From the IMG/VR virus record IMGVR_UViG_3300042330_000875, positions 1 to 64,000 of that record: a stretch of DNA of 64,000 nucleotides; one strand, given 5' to 3'. The DNA is from a virus. Positions 1 to 10,326 of this stretch are shown one piece after another. The translations under genes and the position numbers were made by a program. The notes below the pieces were generated by a model. It made no database searches. It was not told where the DNA came from and worked only from the letters and a program-made list of their open reading frames with translations. Numbering within the stretch: position 1 is the first letter of the stretch; every line of letters begins with the position of its first letter.

Positions 1-184
1 TATTTTCCAAATCAATAAATTTATTATTTTTTATTTTGTTTAAAATTTGTTCAGTTACTAAAATTTTAAGATATTCATCTTCATTTTTCATTTCATATTT
101 TGGTTTAATTTGTGTATGTAATCTATGTGAATAAAAATTCATCATATGATAATAAGTTTCAACTATTGTATAGAAATCTGTCAT
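1..184 (-). CDS. Hypothetical protein, runs off window edge
   Basis: ATG at 184 just after the radical SAM stop; open to position 1 (MTDFYTIVETYY...). Confidence 0.5.
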   Translation of the reverse strand, partial: MTDFYTIVETYYHMMNFYSHRLHTQIKPKYEMKNEDEYLKILVTEQILNKIKNNKFIDLEN

Positions 185-194
185 TAATTATTGT

Positions 195-1541
195 TTAAAA
201 TCCTTTTAATTCTTTAAAAATTTCTTGATAATCAGTATTTCTTGTTTTATCCAATAAATTTAACCATTCTTTTGTTTGCTCAAATCGATTAATATCTTCA
301 CTTAAACAATGTTTTAAAATACCTTCTAATCGAACAATTCCATGTGAATTATTGCGCCAAGTTTCATAATCTATATTAGGTGCAATTAATTTATGTAATT
401 TCTCAATTTCTACTATATCTTTTTTGTATTTCTCAGTCAATAATTGTTTTATTTCTTTTGGTAAAACTCTTACATCTAATTGGGGCGGATGATAAACAAA
501 ATGAGTATTAATCATACCAGCCGAATTGGGCCATGAATTTATTTTTTTAAAATTTTGATTAGCTTTCCAAATTATAAAATCAGGCAAAGACCAAATATTC
601 AATAATTGAACTGCACAAGCAATTGTAACTTCTACATTATTTGGAGAATTATCTAATACATGTAAATTTTTTACTATATTTTCAAATTTACTTGGAAAAC
701 GAATATAGTCATTTCTTTCAAAAATATCATCAACACTTGCATGAAAAATTACTTTTTTAAATTTACTCCAAACAGAAAACAACCAATCAGGAATAACAGT
801 AATATTTGAATTATATCGTAATTCAATATTTTTAGCAAATTCTGTTTCGGATATTTCTTTAATTAATCTTTCATGATGTGGCATAATTAATGGTTCACCA
901 CCAGCAAAATAAAGTTGTAAAATGTTTGGTAATTGATTGAAAAATTCATGCCAAAATTTTTCATTTTTAAACCAATTATAACTTGATCCATGTGTTTGGC
1001 CTTTTTCGTTCCAATCACGATGTTTTTTTAATTCAGGATTTTCAATTTGAGGAAAGATTTTTTTCCAATCAGAAATCCAACCAGTAGAATCATGTGGTGA
1101 ACACATAACACAAGCTAAATTACAATTATTTCCCATACGAAAATCAATATATTTTAAATTTGGAATGATTGAACCATCTTCTTTGGTATTTTCAATTAAT
1201 TCTTTAACGTCAACAATTTTTTCCCATTTTTTTGTTTCCCAAATTCTTTTACTTATATGAGAATTATTTTCTTCAACAAAACATTTTGTACACGAAGCTG
1301 GTATTTCATCATTTAACATTTTTTTTCTAATATTTTTCATATATTCATTGTTGACGGCTTCATTTAACGTGGTAGTATGAAAGTTCGCAGGTAAACCTTG
1401 ATCGGTTCTTAAAACTCCTATACCGCTTTCTGGTGCTTGGATATTTGCACCTGATGCGTTAGCTGTACAACAAACACGCATTTCTCCATTTGGTCGGGTT
1501 GAAAGATGTATCCAAGGTAATATACAAAAAGTTTTACTCAT
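195..1541 (-). CDS. Radical SAM protein with N-terminal twitch/SPASM-like Cys cluster
   Basis: CNLACVMC (CX3CX2C), YFAGGEP, N-terminal CILPW...VCC...CTKC. Confidence 0.9.
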   Translation of the reverse strand: MSKTFCILPWIHLSTRPNGEMRVCCTANASGANIQAPESGIGVLRTDQGLPANFHTTTLNEAVNNEYMKNIRKKMLNDEIPASCTKCFVEENNSHISKRIWETKKWEKIVDVKELIENTKEDGSIIPNLKYIDFRMGNNCNLACVMCSPHDSTGWISDWKKIFPQIENPELKKHRDWNEKGQTHGSSYNWFKNEKFWHEFFNQLPNILQLYFAGGEPLIMPHHERLIKEISETEFAKNIELRYNSNITVIPDWLFSVWSKFKKVIFHASVDDIFERNDYIRFPSKFENIVKNLHVLDNSPNNVEVTIACAVQLLNIWSLPDFIIWKANQNFKKINSWPNSAGMINTHFVYHPPQLDVRVLPKEIKQLLTEKYKKDIVEIEKLHKLIAPNIDYETWRNNSHGIVRLEGILKHCLSEDINRFEQTKEWLNLLDKTRNTDYQEIFKELKGF

Positions 1542-1568
1542 AGAATTATTTAAGAAAGGAATTTATTA

Positions 1569-2147
1569 ATGAATTTAATTGATTTAATGATTAAAGAAAA
1601 TAATACTGTTTATTTGCCTAACAATATTAAAGATGAAATTCTAAAAATATATGATAATATTCAAAATAAATATAGTCAATATTTTAATATCAAATTATAT
1701 TTTTCATCATACGGTAATAACTTTAATATTTTATCATATAATGAGAATAAAATCAATATTGATCATACTGTTGTAAACACACAAAAAATGGGAGATTTAA
1801 AATTAACTTTTTCTCTTAAAAATAATGTTTACGTTATGGATTCTCATTTTACAACTTTAGCAGATTTACAAGAATATAATTTAGACATAAATCCCAATAT
1901 TAAAGACGTATTAGGTAATAATGTTACAAATAATGATCATGTATTGGTTTGTGGTGAAGACAATCATCCATTACGTGGTCCTAAAAAATGTAATATTTTA
2001 AGTAATAAATGGTTTCATTATTCAACATTTAATTCTTATATATTTTTAAGTCATGATAATAATGATTTTCAATTTATTTATAATCCTGATTTACGAGTTA
2101 TTCTATTAGATAATACACAAGTTACATTACATTTATTAAGGAATTAA
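1569..2147 (+). CDS. Hypothetical protein with shared C-terminal tag
   Basis: 192-aa ORF, AAGGA SD, ends DNTQVTLHLLRN. Confidence 0.7.
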   Translation: MNLIDLMIKENNTVYLPNNIKDEILKIYDNIQNKYSQYFNIKLYFSSYGNNFNILSYNENKINIDHTVVNTQKMGDLKLTFSLKNNVYVMDSHFTTLADLQEYNLDINPNIKDVLGNNVTNNDHVLVCGEDNHPLRGPKKCNILSNKWFHYSTFNSYIFLSHDNNDFQFIYNPDLRVILLDNTQVTLHLLRN

Positions 2148-2511
2148 AAAATGGATTTTAATAACATAATTGAAAAATACAATTTACAAGAAATATTTGA
2201 AAATAAAAACATTTTTATTTTGGATGTTAATATATCTAGTGGCATAGTTGAAATGTATCCAGCAATTAATTATAAAAATGTAGCAGAAAAATATTATAAT
2301 TTAAATTTAAATGATTTGCATTGGACTTGGAATAATTTTACATCATTCAAACTGGCTTTAAATCATGTTTTATCTATAATTAGACAAGATAACGCTGATA
2401 ATATATTGAAATATAAAGATAAAATAAAAATTTATAAAATACCTTCTTCTGATAGATATTTTCCATGTTATAAAAAATAATAATATTATTCATAATTATT
2501 AAATTTTTTTA

Positions 2512-3696
2512 TTAAGATAAATGTTTTAAAACATTTACTTTAATGGGCTGAAACAAACAACCTTTATCAGATCGAATATCAGGTAAATTTACTTTCAATC
2601 CATTTCTGATTACAAATTTTTTCATTATATTTGCTGCTGAATTAACATCTGCATTAATTACTTTACCTAATGAACTTTGAAATAAACCAGTTTTTATTCG
2701 TTGGCCCAAATAAATATCATGTTTTTGTATTAATTCATTTGCTAAATAATCACATTTTGATGTGTAACTTTCTTCGATTAATTCTATTTTAATGCCAGCT
2801 AAATCAGCTTTGTATTTTATTTTATCAATTAATTGTTTATAAGGCATAGAGCAAAAAAAGAAATTGTTTTTCTTACCCATACGTGATTGGTTCTGCCAAT
2901 CATCATTATACCCAATAACAATAGTTGCTATTTTATTTGTTATGCAATGATTAATTATATCACGAGAAACTTTATGAATATAATCATTTATTTTAGCAGT
3001 TTTTTTCATAGAAAATTTCTTTTTGTTTTTCTTATTTTTTATTTGTTTGGAATAAAAATGTGAAAAACTTTTTATAATTTTACCAGAATAAAGTCTTGGA
3101 TTATTATTTGTATTAGAAACCAATGTAACTAATTTATTAACTCCTAAATCAATTGAACATAAATTAGTTGGATTTAAAATTGGATTAGTTATATTAGCCT
3201 CATAAACAATAATAATTTTATAAATGTTTTTAGTAATATGTTTTATTTTAATTTGATTAAATTTGTTATTAAAAATTTGTGGTATTTTAATAATGTCATC
3301 TTTTGTGAAATAAATTTCATTGTTTTTTATCGTAGAACATTGATTAGTAAAAGTTAATGTCATTAATTTATTTGTAATTTGTGGTGGATTGGGTTTTCCT
3401 TTTAATAAATTTGAATTATTATACAACCAATTTAATTGTTTATAACTTTTAAATGATTTTTCAACTAATTTTAATGTTTGTTGAGCAGCTTGTGCTTTTA
3501 TTGAATTTTTATAAAATATAGAATTTTTAAAATGTTCATAAAGATCATTATAACTTGGATATTTTTTATTAATTATAAAGAAATTATTAGAAAAAGCCAC
3601 AGCCTCGTTCCAAAGATTGGTATTTGCTTTCAACCAATTAAAAATTAAATTATTTTTGTCTTTATAAATGAAATCATAAGTTAATTGCATTTTCAA
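2512..3696 (-). CDS. tnpB: TnpB RNA-guided endonuclease
   Basis: SIDLGVNKL, IEESYTSKC, INADVNSAANI RuvC motifs. Confidence 0.92.
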   Translation of the reverse strand: MKMQLTYDFIYKDKNNLIFNWLKANTNLWNEAVAFSNNFFIINKKYPSYNDLYEHFKNSIFYKNSIKAQAAQQTLKLVEKSFKSYKQLNWLYNNSNLLKGKPNPPQITNKLMTLTFTNQCSTIKNNEIYFTKDDIIKIPQIFNNKFNQIKIKHITKNIYKIIIVYEANITNPILNPTNLCSIDLGVNKLVTLVSNTNNNPRLYSGKIIKSFSHFYSKQIKNKKNKKKFSMKKTAKINDYIHKVSRDIINHCITNKIATIVIGYNDDWQNQSRMGKKNNFFFCSMPYKQLIDKIKYKADLAGIKIELIEESYTSKCDYLANELIQKHDIYLGQRIKTGLFQSSLGKVINADVNSAANIMKKFVIRNGLKVNLPDIRSDKGCLFQPIKVNVLKHLS

Positions 3697-4285
3697 GTTC
3701 CAAATCTTTTTTAACTAATTCTAATTTTTTCTTTCTTCTTTGACTATAAACTTTCATCGAAAAAGTATGTAAAATCGATATAATTTCATTTAATAATTCT
3801 TGTTCGAGTGTTTGTGAATTTTCAGAATTATTTACAATAATAATTTTAGTACCAAAATTTTTAAATAATTCTTCTAATGTTTTGAAATTTAATCTTGCCA
3901 AACGATCTTTATAACTAATTATAACTTTATCTACTTCATAATTAATAACTTGATTTATTAATTCATTAAGTCCTTTACGATCAATTGTCATACCACTTTC
4001 AATATCGGATATTTCTTGTTTTATTTGAATACCTGAATTTATTGCAAAATTTCTTAATGCATTTAGTTGGTTTTCTAAATCTTTCTTTTGTTTTTGTGTA
4101 CTAACTCGCGCATAAATCACCGAACCACGTTTATTTGTTTGCCCTAATAAAGCATAAACGTCATTTTCATCATAATCATAAAGTTTATTCGGTAATTGTT
4201 TAATTTTTATCTTGTTTTGTTTGACATAATTTGATAATGTAACTCTATGAATACGTAAAATTTTTAATACTTCTTTTGCTTTCAT
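3674..4285 (-). CDS. tnpA: IS607 serine transposase (HTH + resolvase)
   Basis: MKAKEVLKIL HTH, YARVSTQKQKKDLENQ, DRLAR; ATG at 4285 preferred over the TTG at 4300. Confidence 0.93.
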   Translation of the reverse strand: MKAKEVLKILRIHRVTLSNYVKQNKIKIKQLPNKLYDYDENDVYALLGQTNKRGSVIYARVSTQKQKKDLENQLNALRNFAINSGIQIKQEISDIESGMTIDRKGLNELINQVINYEVDKVIISYKDRLARLNFKTLEELFKNFGTKIIIVNNSENSQTLEQELLNEIISILHTFSMKVYSQRRKKKLELVKKDLELENAINL

Positions 4286-4413
4286 AAATATATTTAACAA
4301 AATTAAATATAATACATTTAATATTAATTAATAAATTTAATTTATTAAAACATCATATATTGAATTAAATGATACTGAATACGTTTTATGGTTATTAGAA
4401 CAGGAATAATTAA

Positions 4414-5010
4414 ATGACAGAATTAAATAATTTATTAGTTTTAAAAGAATATGACATAGACGGTTTTACTATTAAAACTATTTGTTTTGTAGAAGAATAT
4501 TATAAAAGATTAGAAAATATTGTTAATAACAATCAAGCTTTAAACAAATTAATTGAATGTTTTGATGTATCATTAATTATTGATGAAACACATAATACTA
4601 AATTTTTTAAAATTAAAAATTTAAAAACTCTTAATAATAAACCTTATTTAATCCAAAATTATAAAGAGTTTAGATCAACTGATTTAGAAAAAATTGATAA
4701 TGTTAAAATAGAATTTACTAATGGTATTTCTTTTTCAACTTTTGAAGAACTAGAAAATATTAAATTAGAAAATTATTTTAAGTCTTTTGTTGATGTAATT
4801 GGTAATAGAATTAATCCAGGTGATTCTATAATTGTTTTTAAAGATGATTATTGTTTTGTAAGCAGTTTTTGGTTTATCATTGAAAATGAAGATGAAACCA
4901 AATATTTCATTAAAGATAATAATGATAATGAATATTATTGGTTTACCGATTATATTCCTATTATGAAAATATCAAATACCGATGCAACTCTATTTATGTT
5001 ACAAAATTAA
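4414..5010 (+). CDS. Hypothetical protein with shared C-terminal tag
   Basis: Ends SNTDATLFMLQN. Confidence 0.7.
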   Translation: MTELNNLLVLKEYDIDGFTIKTICFVEEYYKRLENIVNNNQALNKLIECFDVSLIIDETHNTKFFKIKNLKTLNNKPYLIQNYKEFRSTDLEKIDNVKIEFTNGISFSTFEELENIKLENYFKSFVDVIGNRINPGDSIIVFKDDYCFVSSFWFIIENEDETKYFIKDNNDNEYYWFTDYIPIMKISNTDATLFMLQN

Positions 5011-5409
5011 ATGGAGAAAAAACAAATGCTGATTGAAAAAATAATCAAAAAATATAAATTAGAATATTTATTTAATAATCCAAATATATATTTTTTAGAT
5101 ATTGATGATATTCTTAATAGTGATATTATTCTTTTTACTGGTAATGATTATAAAAATTTTATAATTAAAAACGGTATTTATGATTATAATGATTTAAATT
5201 TTGCGTGGACCAATCAAAAGAAAGACGAAAAGTCAAAATTAAATCAAATAGAAGATTGTTTAATTGATCAAAATACTCATTATTTACTTAATTACAAACA
5301 TAGGATAAAAATACATAGTTTTAATCTTACATCTAGACCTTATTTTTTTCTACCATATATTGAATTAAATGATACTGAATACGTTTTATATTTATTAAGT
5401 AAAAATTAA
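5011..5409 (+). CDS. Hypothetical protein with shared C-terminal tag, paralog of 2151
   Basis: IIKKYKLEYLFNNPNIYFLD vs IIEKYNLQEIFENKNIFILD; near-identical 3' DNA. Confidence 0.75.
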   Translation: MEKKQMLIEKIIKKYKLEYLFNNPNIYFLDIDDILNSDIILFTGNDYKNFIIKNGIYDYNDLNFAWTNQKKDEKSKLNQIEDCLIDQNTHYLLNYKHRIKIHSFNLTSRPYFFLPYIELNDTEYVLYLLSKN

Positions 5410-6245
5410 CATAAATTTTCCATTTTTCTAGTTAAAGTTCCAGAAATTGCTTGTAATTCTGGTGATAAATTAATTTGTTCTATTTTGTATCCAACATCTC
5501 TGCCATAAAATAAATTTGTCATATTGGGAATTTGTAAAATACCATACTTACCTGCATATGATTCCATAAATTGGTGCATTCGTTTTGCTACATCTTCAAA
5601 TCTAATCGGGTCTTTTTCTGTTGTTTGATACGTATCTCTTACTAAGAAAATAACCTGTAAACCGCGATTAAACGCCTCTACAGCTATGCTCTTATGTGCT
5701 TCGTGAAATCCTTGGTAACGCCCTGGTAAAGCTACTGTAGGGGCTTTAAAATCGAATTTTGATTGTTTAATTTGGTTACTTTCAATTAAATCTAAAATTT
5801 CTTTTGACCAAACGTTTGCATCAAAAGTATCATCGGTAATTAAATCAACTTTTTTAGGATTTTCCCAAATTTTAGTTGTATCTGTAAAATTTCTGGTTGG
5901 TTTTCTATTTGCCCAAACAGAAATAGTTGGGTTAAATAAATTTCTTGTTTCAATTAACGGGCAAACAAAATCACAAACAACATGATTGCCTGATTGATTA
6001 ACTTTATCAGCTAAAAAACTCATTCGTTTAGCTTGTTCAAAACGATCTTCTAAAGAAAATTTTAAATCTTTATTAACATTTTCTCTTAATTCATCACCAT
6101 TAAATGAAATAATATTAAGATGTTTTTGTAATTCATTTGATAATGTTGTTTTTCCACTTCCAGGCAAACCAAAAATCAATATTTTTTCTGGTTTAATTTC
6201 GATTGAAGGATGATGAAAGTATTTTAAGTTTTGATTCCACTGCAT
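5406..6245 (-). CDS. cysC: Adenylylsulfate kinase-like domain fused to a HIGH-motif nucleotidyltransferase-like domain
   Basis: GLPGSGKTT, NGDELR, DLKFSLEDR, DFVCP; C-terminal GRYQGFHEAH and ISGT. Confidence 0.8.
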   Translation of the reverse strand: MQWNQNLKYFHHPSIEIKPEKILIFGLPGSGKTTLSNELQKHLNIISFNGDELRENVNKDLKFSLEDRFEQAKRMSFLADKVNQSGNHVVCDFVCPLIETRNLFNPTISVWANRKPTRNFTDTTKIWENPKKVDLITDDTFDANVWSKEILDLIESNQIKQSKFDFKAPTVALPGRYQGFHEAHKSIAVEAFNRGLQVIFLVRDTYQTTEKDPIRFEDVAKRMHQFMESYAGKYGILQIPNMTNLFYGRDVGYKIEQINLSPELQAISGTLTRKMENLC

Positions 6246-6266
6246 TTTATTTCTTTCTAAAAAATT

Positions 6267-6770
6267 TTATTCTAAATCTAATGAATAGTCATGTAAATTA
6301 TATTTTAATTTATATAAATCTTCTAAGGGAGCAACAATTTGATAAGTATCTTCACAAATAAGGTCAATTTGCAAATCTTTATACAATTCATTTGTTTTTG
6401 CTAGATATTTTTTATCTATTATTAAATATACTGTTTTATCTTGATTTACAACAAAGCGAATATTTCTTATATCGTGCAGATAATTAACTTTAAAATCTTT
6501 ATTAATAGTGTTAATAAATTGTTTTCTATCTTCTTTAGTTAAAAACCAAAAACAAAAAGAAAAACCGCCGCCTAGATATGGCGTATTATTAAATGCCATT
6601 TGTTTAACGCTTTCATATGCGGAATTTACTTGTATTTTTATATCAGTATTTTCTATAAAATTGCAAATATTTTGCCACCATAAAAAATGTTCTTTTTCAT
6701 AAAATGAGGGTCTTCCAATATCTATTGTAAACATATTTTCTTTTTGTTCGGTTGTAAATTCGTATTTCAT
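6267..6770 (-). CDS. Hypothetical protein
   Basis: 167-aa ORF in co-oriented gene string. Confidence 0.65.
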   Translation of the reverse strand: MKYEFTTEQKENMFTIDIGRPSFYEKEHFLWWQNICNFIENTDIKIQVNSAYESVKQMAFNNTPYLGGGFSFCFWFLTKEDRKQFINTINKDFKVNYLHDIRNIRFVVNQDKTVYLIIDKKYLAKTNELYKDLQIDLICEDTYQIVAPLEDLYKLKYNLHDYSLDLE

Positions 6771-6783
6771 TTTTTATTTCTTT

Positions 6784-7338
6784 CTAAGGTAATTTTTTTC
6801 CTACAACATAAAACCATCTTTGGATTTTATCGTGACTAATATCTTTTTCAGGCAATGTTATTATAGAACCATCTAATCCTTTAGTGCCTATTTGATTAAA
6901 ATCATAAACTGCCATAGTTTTCTTGTCAAAAATTTTCGCAGGATATTTAGTAATTAATTTTTTCCATATACGTTCTGATTCAATTGTTAAACTGTAATCA
7001 TTATACAACATCCAATTTTTACTGATTAAATAATCGTAAAAGAAACTACCAATTCCATTTTTTCGATAATTTGGATCGACGTGGACGTTTCTTACTTGAG
7101 CTAATCCCGGCGTGGTATAATCAAATTCAAAACCAGCAATCATATCGTCACCATCAAATAAAATATATGTATGATTCAATGATGGGTCGGTGAATTCATA
7201 AAGTTCATAATTTTTGTTATTAATTTTTACTTTTTGAATAAAATTGAGATTTTGTTTTACATATTCATTTGGTAAGCCACCGTCAAAAATAAACATATAA
7301 TATTCTTTTAAAAAAACCCATTGTTTTATTTCTCTCAT
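6784..7338 (-). CDS. GNAT-family acetyltransferase-like protein
   Basis: VHVDPNYRKNGIGS acetyl-CoA motif A. Confidence 0.7.
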   Translation of the reverse strand: MREIKQWVFLKEYYMFIFDGGLPNEYVKQNLNFIQKVKINNKNYELYEFTDPSLNHTYILFDGDDMIAGFEFDYTTPGLAQVRNVHVDPNYRKNGIGSFFYDYLISKNWMLYNDYSLTIESERIWKKLITKYPAKIFDKKTMAVYDFNQIGTKGLDGSIITLPEKDISHDKIQRWFYVVGKKLP

Positions 7339-7769
7339 TTATTTCGCTCCATAAATCTAAAAATATTTGTATCCGGTCTTATAAAACTACTATAATATAA
7401 ATTATATTTTGGTTTTAATATAATGTTTTCTTTATTAATGAAAAAAGTTAAATTATTATTAATTTTATAATATGGAAATATTCTCATTATTTCATTTTTA
7501 TTTAAAATTGCCTTTTTAAATTGATAAAATAATCGAAAATATATAATATACGCTTGATAGAAACAACTATTAAAACTTAAATCATTTTCATAAATAATTA
7601 ATTTATTATACTTAAATTTCATTTTTAATATTAGTTTATCTTTTTTATAAAAACAGTATTCTTCATTTTCATAATATAAAGTTAACTTTTTATAAGGTAC
7701 ATCAAATTTTTTCTTATTTAAAAAAGAATTTTTATTTTCTGGAATTTTAAAATTTTTTAGATTACTCAA
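7335..7769 (-). CDS. Hypothetical protein, tandem paralog of 7787..8209
   Basis: Shared NEEYCFYKKxKLILKMKFKYNKLIxYENDLSFN. Confidence 0.7.
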   Translation of the reverse strand: MSNLKNFKIPENKNSFLNKKKFDVPYKKLTLYYENEEYCFYKKDKLILKMKFKYNKLIIYENDLSFNSCFYQAYIIYFRLFYQFKKAILNKNEIMRIFPYYKINNNLTFFINKENIILKPKYNLYYSSFIRPDTNIFRFMERNK

Positions 7770-7786
7770 TTTAATACCCTCAATAA

Positions 7787-8209
7787 CTAATTAATAATAA
7801 GAAAAATATGCATATTTGGTCCGAAAAATTTAGAATATTCTCTTGTAAATTTCGCTTTTATATTAATCTTATTATTTTTGATAATATAATTGGTATTTAT
7901 TTTATAATGGGGATAAATTCTCATTATTTCGTTTTTATTTAAAATTGTTTTTTTAAATTGGTAAAATAATCTAACATAAATTACATATGCTTGATAAAAA
8001 CAAAGATTAAAACTTAAATCATTTTCGTAAACAATTAATTTATTATACTTAAATTTCATTTTTAATATTAATTTATTTTTCTTATAAAAACAATATTCTT
8101 CATTATTATAATGTAAAATTAAACCACGATAATCAATAGTAAATTTTTTCTTATTTAAAAAAGGGTGATTGGGTGGATGAGGTAAACCAAAATGCCGTAA
8201 ATTACTCAT
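7787..8209 (-). CDS. Hypothetical protein, tandem paralog of 7335..7769
   Basis: Same shared block. Confidence 0.7.
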   Translation of the reverse strand: MSNLRHFGLPHPPNHPFLNKKKFTIDYRGLILHYNNEEYCFYKKNKLILKMKFKYNKLIVYENDLSFNLCFYQAYVIYVRLFYQFKKTILNKNEIMRIYPHYKINTNYIIKNNKINIKAKFTREYSKFFGPNMHIFLIIN

Positions 8210-9579
8210 ATTCTAATTCTCCAAAAACCAACATCATAAATTCCATCTATTGCATACACCCATTCTTTACCAGTAAATTTTAATTGTTTATTGTCATAAA
8301 GATTTGTAACATATTGAATTCTATATTCATTTTTACTATCAAAACTAACAATCCAATTGGTGCCATTAAATTCTATAATATCATTTGTATTGGCTTTAAA
8401 TCCCCAAATTGCATTTTCTGAAATATCTTCTAATATCATAAATCGATCACCAGAAGAAAAATTAAATTTTCCATCGCCTGGAAATGTTTTTAATGGATCA
8501 ATAATTGCAGTAATATTTTGTAATGTGTTATCTGGCAAAGTAGCTAATCTTGGAACCCATAATAATTTATTTTTTTCATTTGGATGATAATCAATTATAC
8601 CAATTATATCACTATCCCAAATATTAACATCAGAAGTTGTTTTAATTCTAATATTACTATATGGTGGCTGAATATTTCCATAAAAAGCAATTAATTTTTC
8701 CCATTCATAAATATTACCATTTTCATCTTTATCTAAACCAGTTGGCCCTAATAGTTTTAATTCATTTCCTTCAACAGAAATTCTGTGCATACCAGGACTT
8801 ACAAACTGTTGATACATTTCTTGTGAACCAATAATTTCATCCATGTCAAAATTCATATCAGGATCACTTGGATTATGATTTATTTCACTTGCTTGATTTA
8901 TATTATTATTAACTTGATGAACAATTTGTTGATTGAGTTTTTTAACTGGTGGCTGAATCCACATTGGTAATAAAAAGGTTAACGTTAAAATATCAATTTC
9001 ATCGGCTGTTCCTAAAGGAAAAGTTCTTGAACTCCAATTTATATCTTGCAAAGTTGCTAAAGTTAAAGCAGTCCAATCTAAAGGATTATCGGAATTTTGT
9101 ATATCAAATCCAACATTAAACAAAGAATAAATTTGTTCAAAAATTTGATGTTTTTGTAATTCATTGCTTGTCCAAATATTAATTGTAAAAGTAAGATTTA
9201 ATGGATGCGCCATTGGTTTTAAAACACTATAACTTAATCCTTGTTCAGTTGAATACGTTCCAGTTGTTTTATCAATCAAACGTTCACTAACATCATCTTG
9301 TTTAATTAAAGAAGGAACTTGAGTATTGGCACGAATTGGCTTTACATCTTGAACTTCAACGGTAATTTGAGGAATTGTTAATACAACATTTTCACTATTT
9401 TTTCTTAAAATATGTGCAACTTGACGATCTTTAGTAGCCAAATAACAAGGAATTAAAGGTTGTTCTTTAATTCCTTCTCGATATCCAGTTTCATAAACTA
9501 ATCCAGAAAATCCTTTACAAATTTGATTTAAAAAACGGCGAATTTGGCCTGAATAAAAGTAATCGTATTTTTTTTCCAT
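8206..9579 (-). CDS. T4 gp15-like tail completion/sheath stabilizer protein with C-terminal extension
   Basis: YFYSGQIRRFL start, WTSNELQKHQIFEQI, WIQPP; sits near the neck gene. Confidence 0.7.
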   Translation of the reverse strand: MEKKYDYFYSGQIRRFLNQICKGFSGLVYETGYREGIKEQPLIPCYLATKDRQVAHILRKNSENVVLTIPQITVEVQDVKPIRANTQVPSLIKQDDVSERLIDKTTGTYSTEQGLSYSVLKPMAHPLNLTFTINIWTSNELQKHQIFEQIYSLFNVGFDIQNSDNPLDWTALTLATLQDINWSSRTFPLGTADEIDILTLTFLLPMWIQPPVKKLNQQIVHQVNNNINQASEINHNPSDPDMNFDMDEIIGSQEMYQQFVSPGMHRISVEGNELKLLGPTGLDKDENGNIYEWEKLIAFYGNIQPPYSNIRIKTTSDVNIWDSDIIGIIDYHPNEKNKLLWVPRLATLPDNTLQNITAIIDPLKTFPGDGKFNFSSGDRFMILEDISENAIWGFKANTNDIIEFNGTNWIVSFDSKNEYRIQYVTNLYDNKQLKFTGKEWVYAIDGIYDVGFWRIRI

Positions 9580-9594
9580 TATATTATTTCCATA

Positions 9595-10326
9595 TTAAAC
9601 TTCATTTAGAACTTTGCCTTTTAAAGAATTAAATTTTTTAAATAATAAATCATTCATTTCTTTTACGTTTTTTAAAATTATCTCATTATCTGTATTTGCT
9701 TTAATTTCACCTTTAATTAAATAAAGCGCAATTAATTCTATGCCTAATTCACCTGTATTTCTTAATGAGAATTTATCTTTTTTCCAAGAACGAAAAGAAA
9801 ATAAATCATCAAAACTATTATCTTTATAAAATATCGTGTTTTTACTTTTTAAAATCGTATTAATACATGACATAACTTTATCAGTAAAAGAATTAATATC
9901 ATATACATCGTCAACAATAGAATGACCAATTTTATGCGCTAATATCCAAGGAGTCATTGGTAATCGGTCATTGGGTGATAAATTTCCCAATGAAACAAAC
10001 GTAATAACTCCCGGTTTACCGTTTATTTTATTTTTATTAAAGTTAACACTTTTAGTGAATTTTTTATCTGGAATAAAATCTCCTATATCCGCATTATCTT
10101 TTTTAGAACTAGCATCAAAATTATCATGATAAAGAAAAACTATGTCAAAAACAAAAGGTGTATTTTTAAATGCATCTTTTATTCGTTTTTGATATTTTTC
10201 TGTTTGCAACATTTTAATTTCACCAGGAGTAAAATTAGTTGCTGTTGAAACATTTCCGACATGCGAAATATCTTCAATTGGGGCTTCTTTTATAAAATCT
10301 AAATATTCTTTTAATAATTTATTCAT
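9595..10326 (-). CDS. Hypothetical protein
   Basis: 243-aa ORF; TPWILAHKIGH degenerate zincin-like motif. Confidence 0.6.
   Translation of the reverse strand: MNKLLKEYLDFIKEAPIEDISHVGNVSTATNFTPGEIKMLQTEKYQKRIKDAFKNTPFVFDIVFLYHDNFDASSKKDNADIGDFIPDKKFTKSVNFNKNKINGKPGVITFVSLGNLSPNDRLPMTPWILAHKIGHSIVDDVYDINSFTDKVMSCINTILKSKNTIFYKDNSFDDLFSFRSWKKDKFSLRNTGELGIELIALYLIKGEIKANTDNEIILKNVKEMNDLLFKKFNSLKGKVLNEV

Larger units (their letters stand above)
2467..4353 (-). mobile_element. IS607-family insertion sequence
   Basis: Serine-recombinase TnpA overlapping TnpB; boundaries set by the interrupted gene; CAT at both junctions. Confidence 0.9.
2151..4409 (+). pseudogene. Small gene (paralog of 5011..5409) split by IS607: 5' part 2151..2466, 3' part 4354..4409
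   Basis: Removing 2467..4353 restores ...DRYFPSYIELNDTEYVLWLLEQE*, matching the paralog ending FLPYIELNDTEYVLYLLSKN*. Confidence 0.85.

Noticed and set aside
2467-4353. IStron (IS607 fused to a group I intron)
   Set aside because: Element is antisense to the host gene and leaves no room for a ribozyme core
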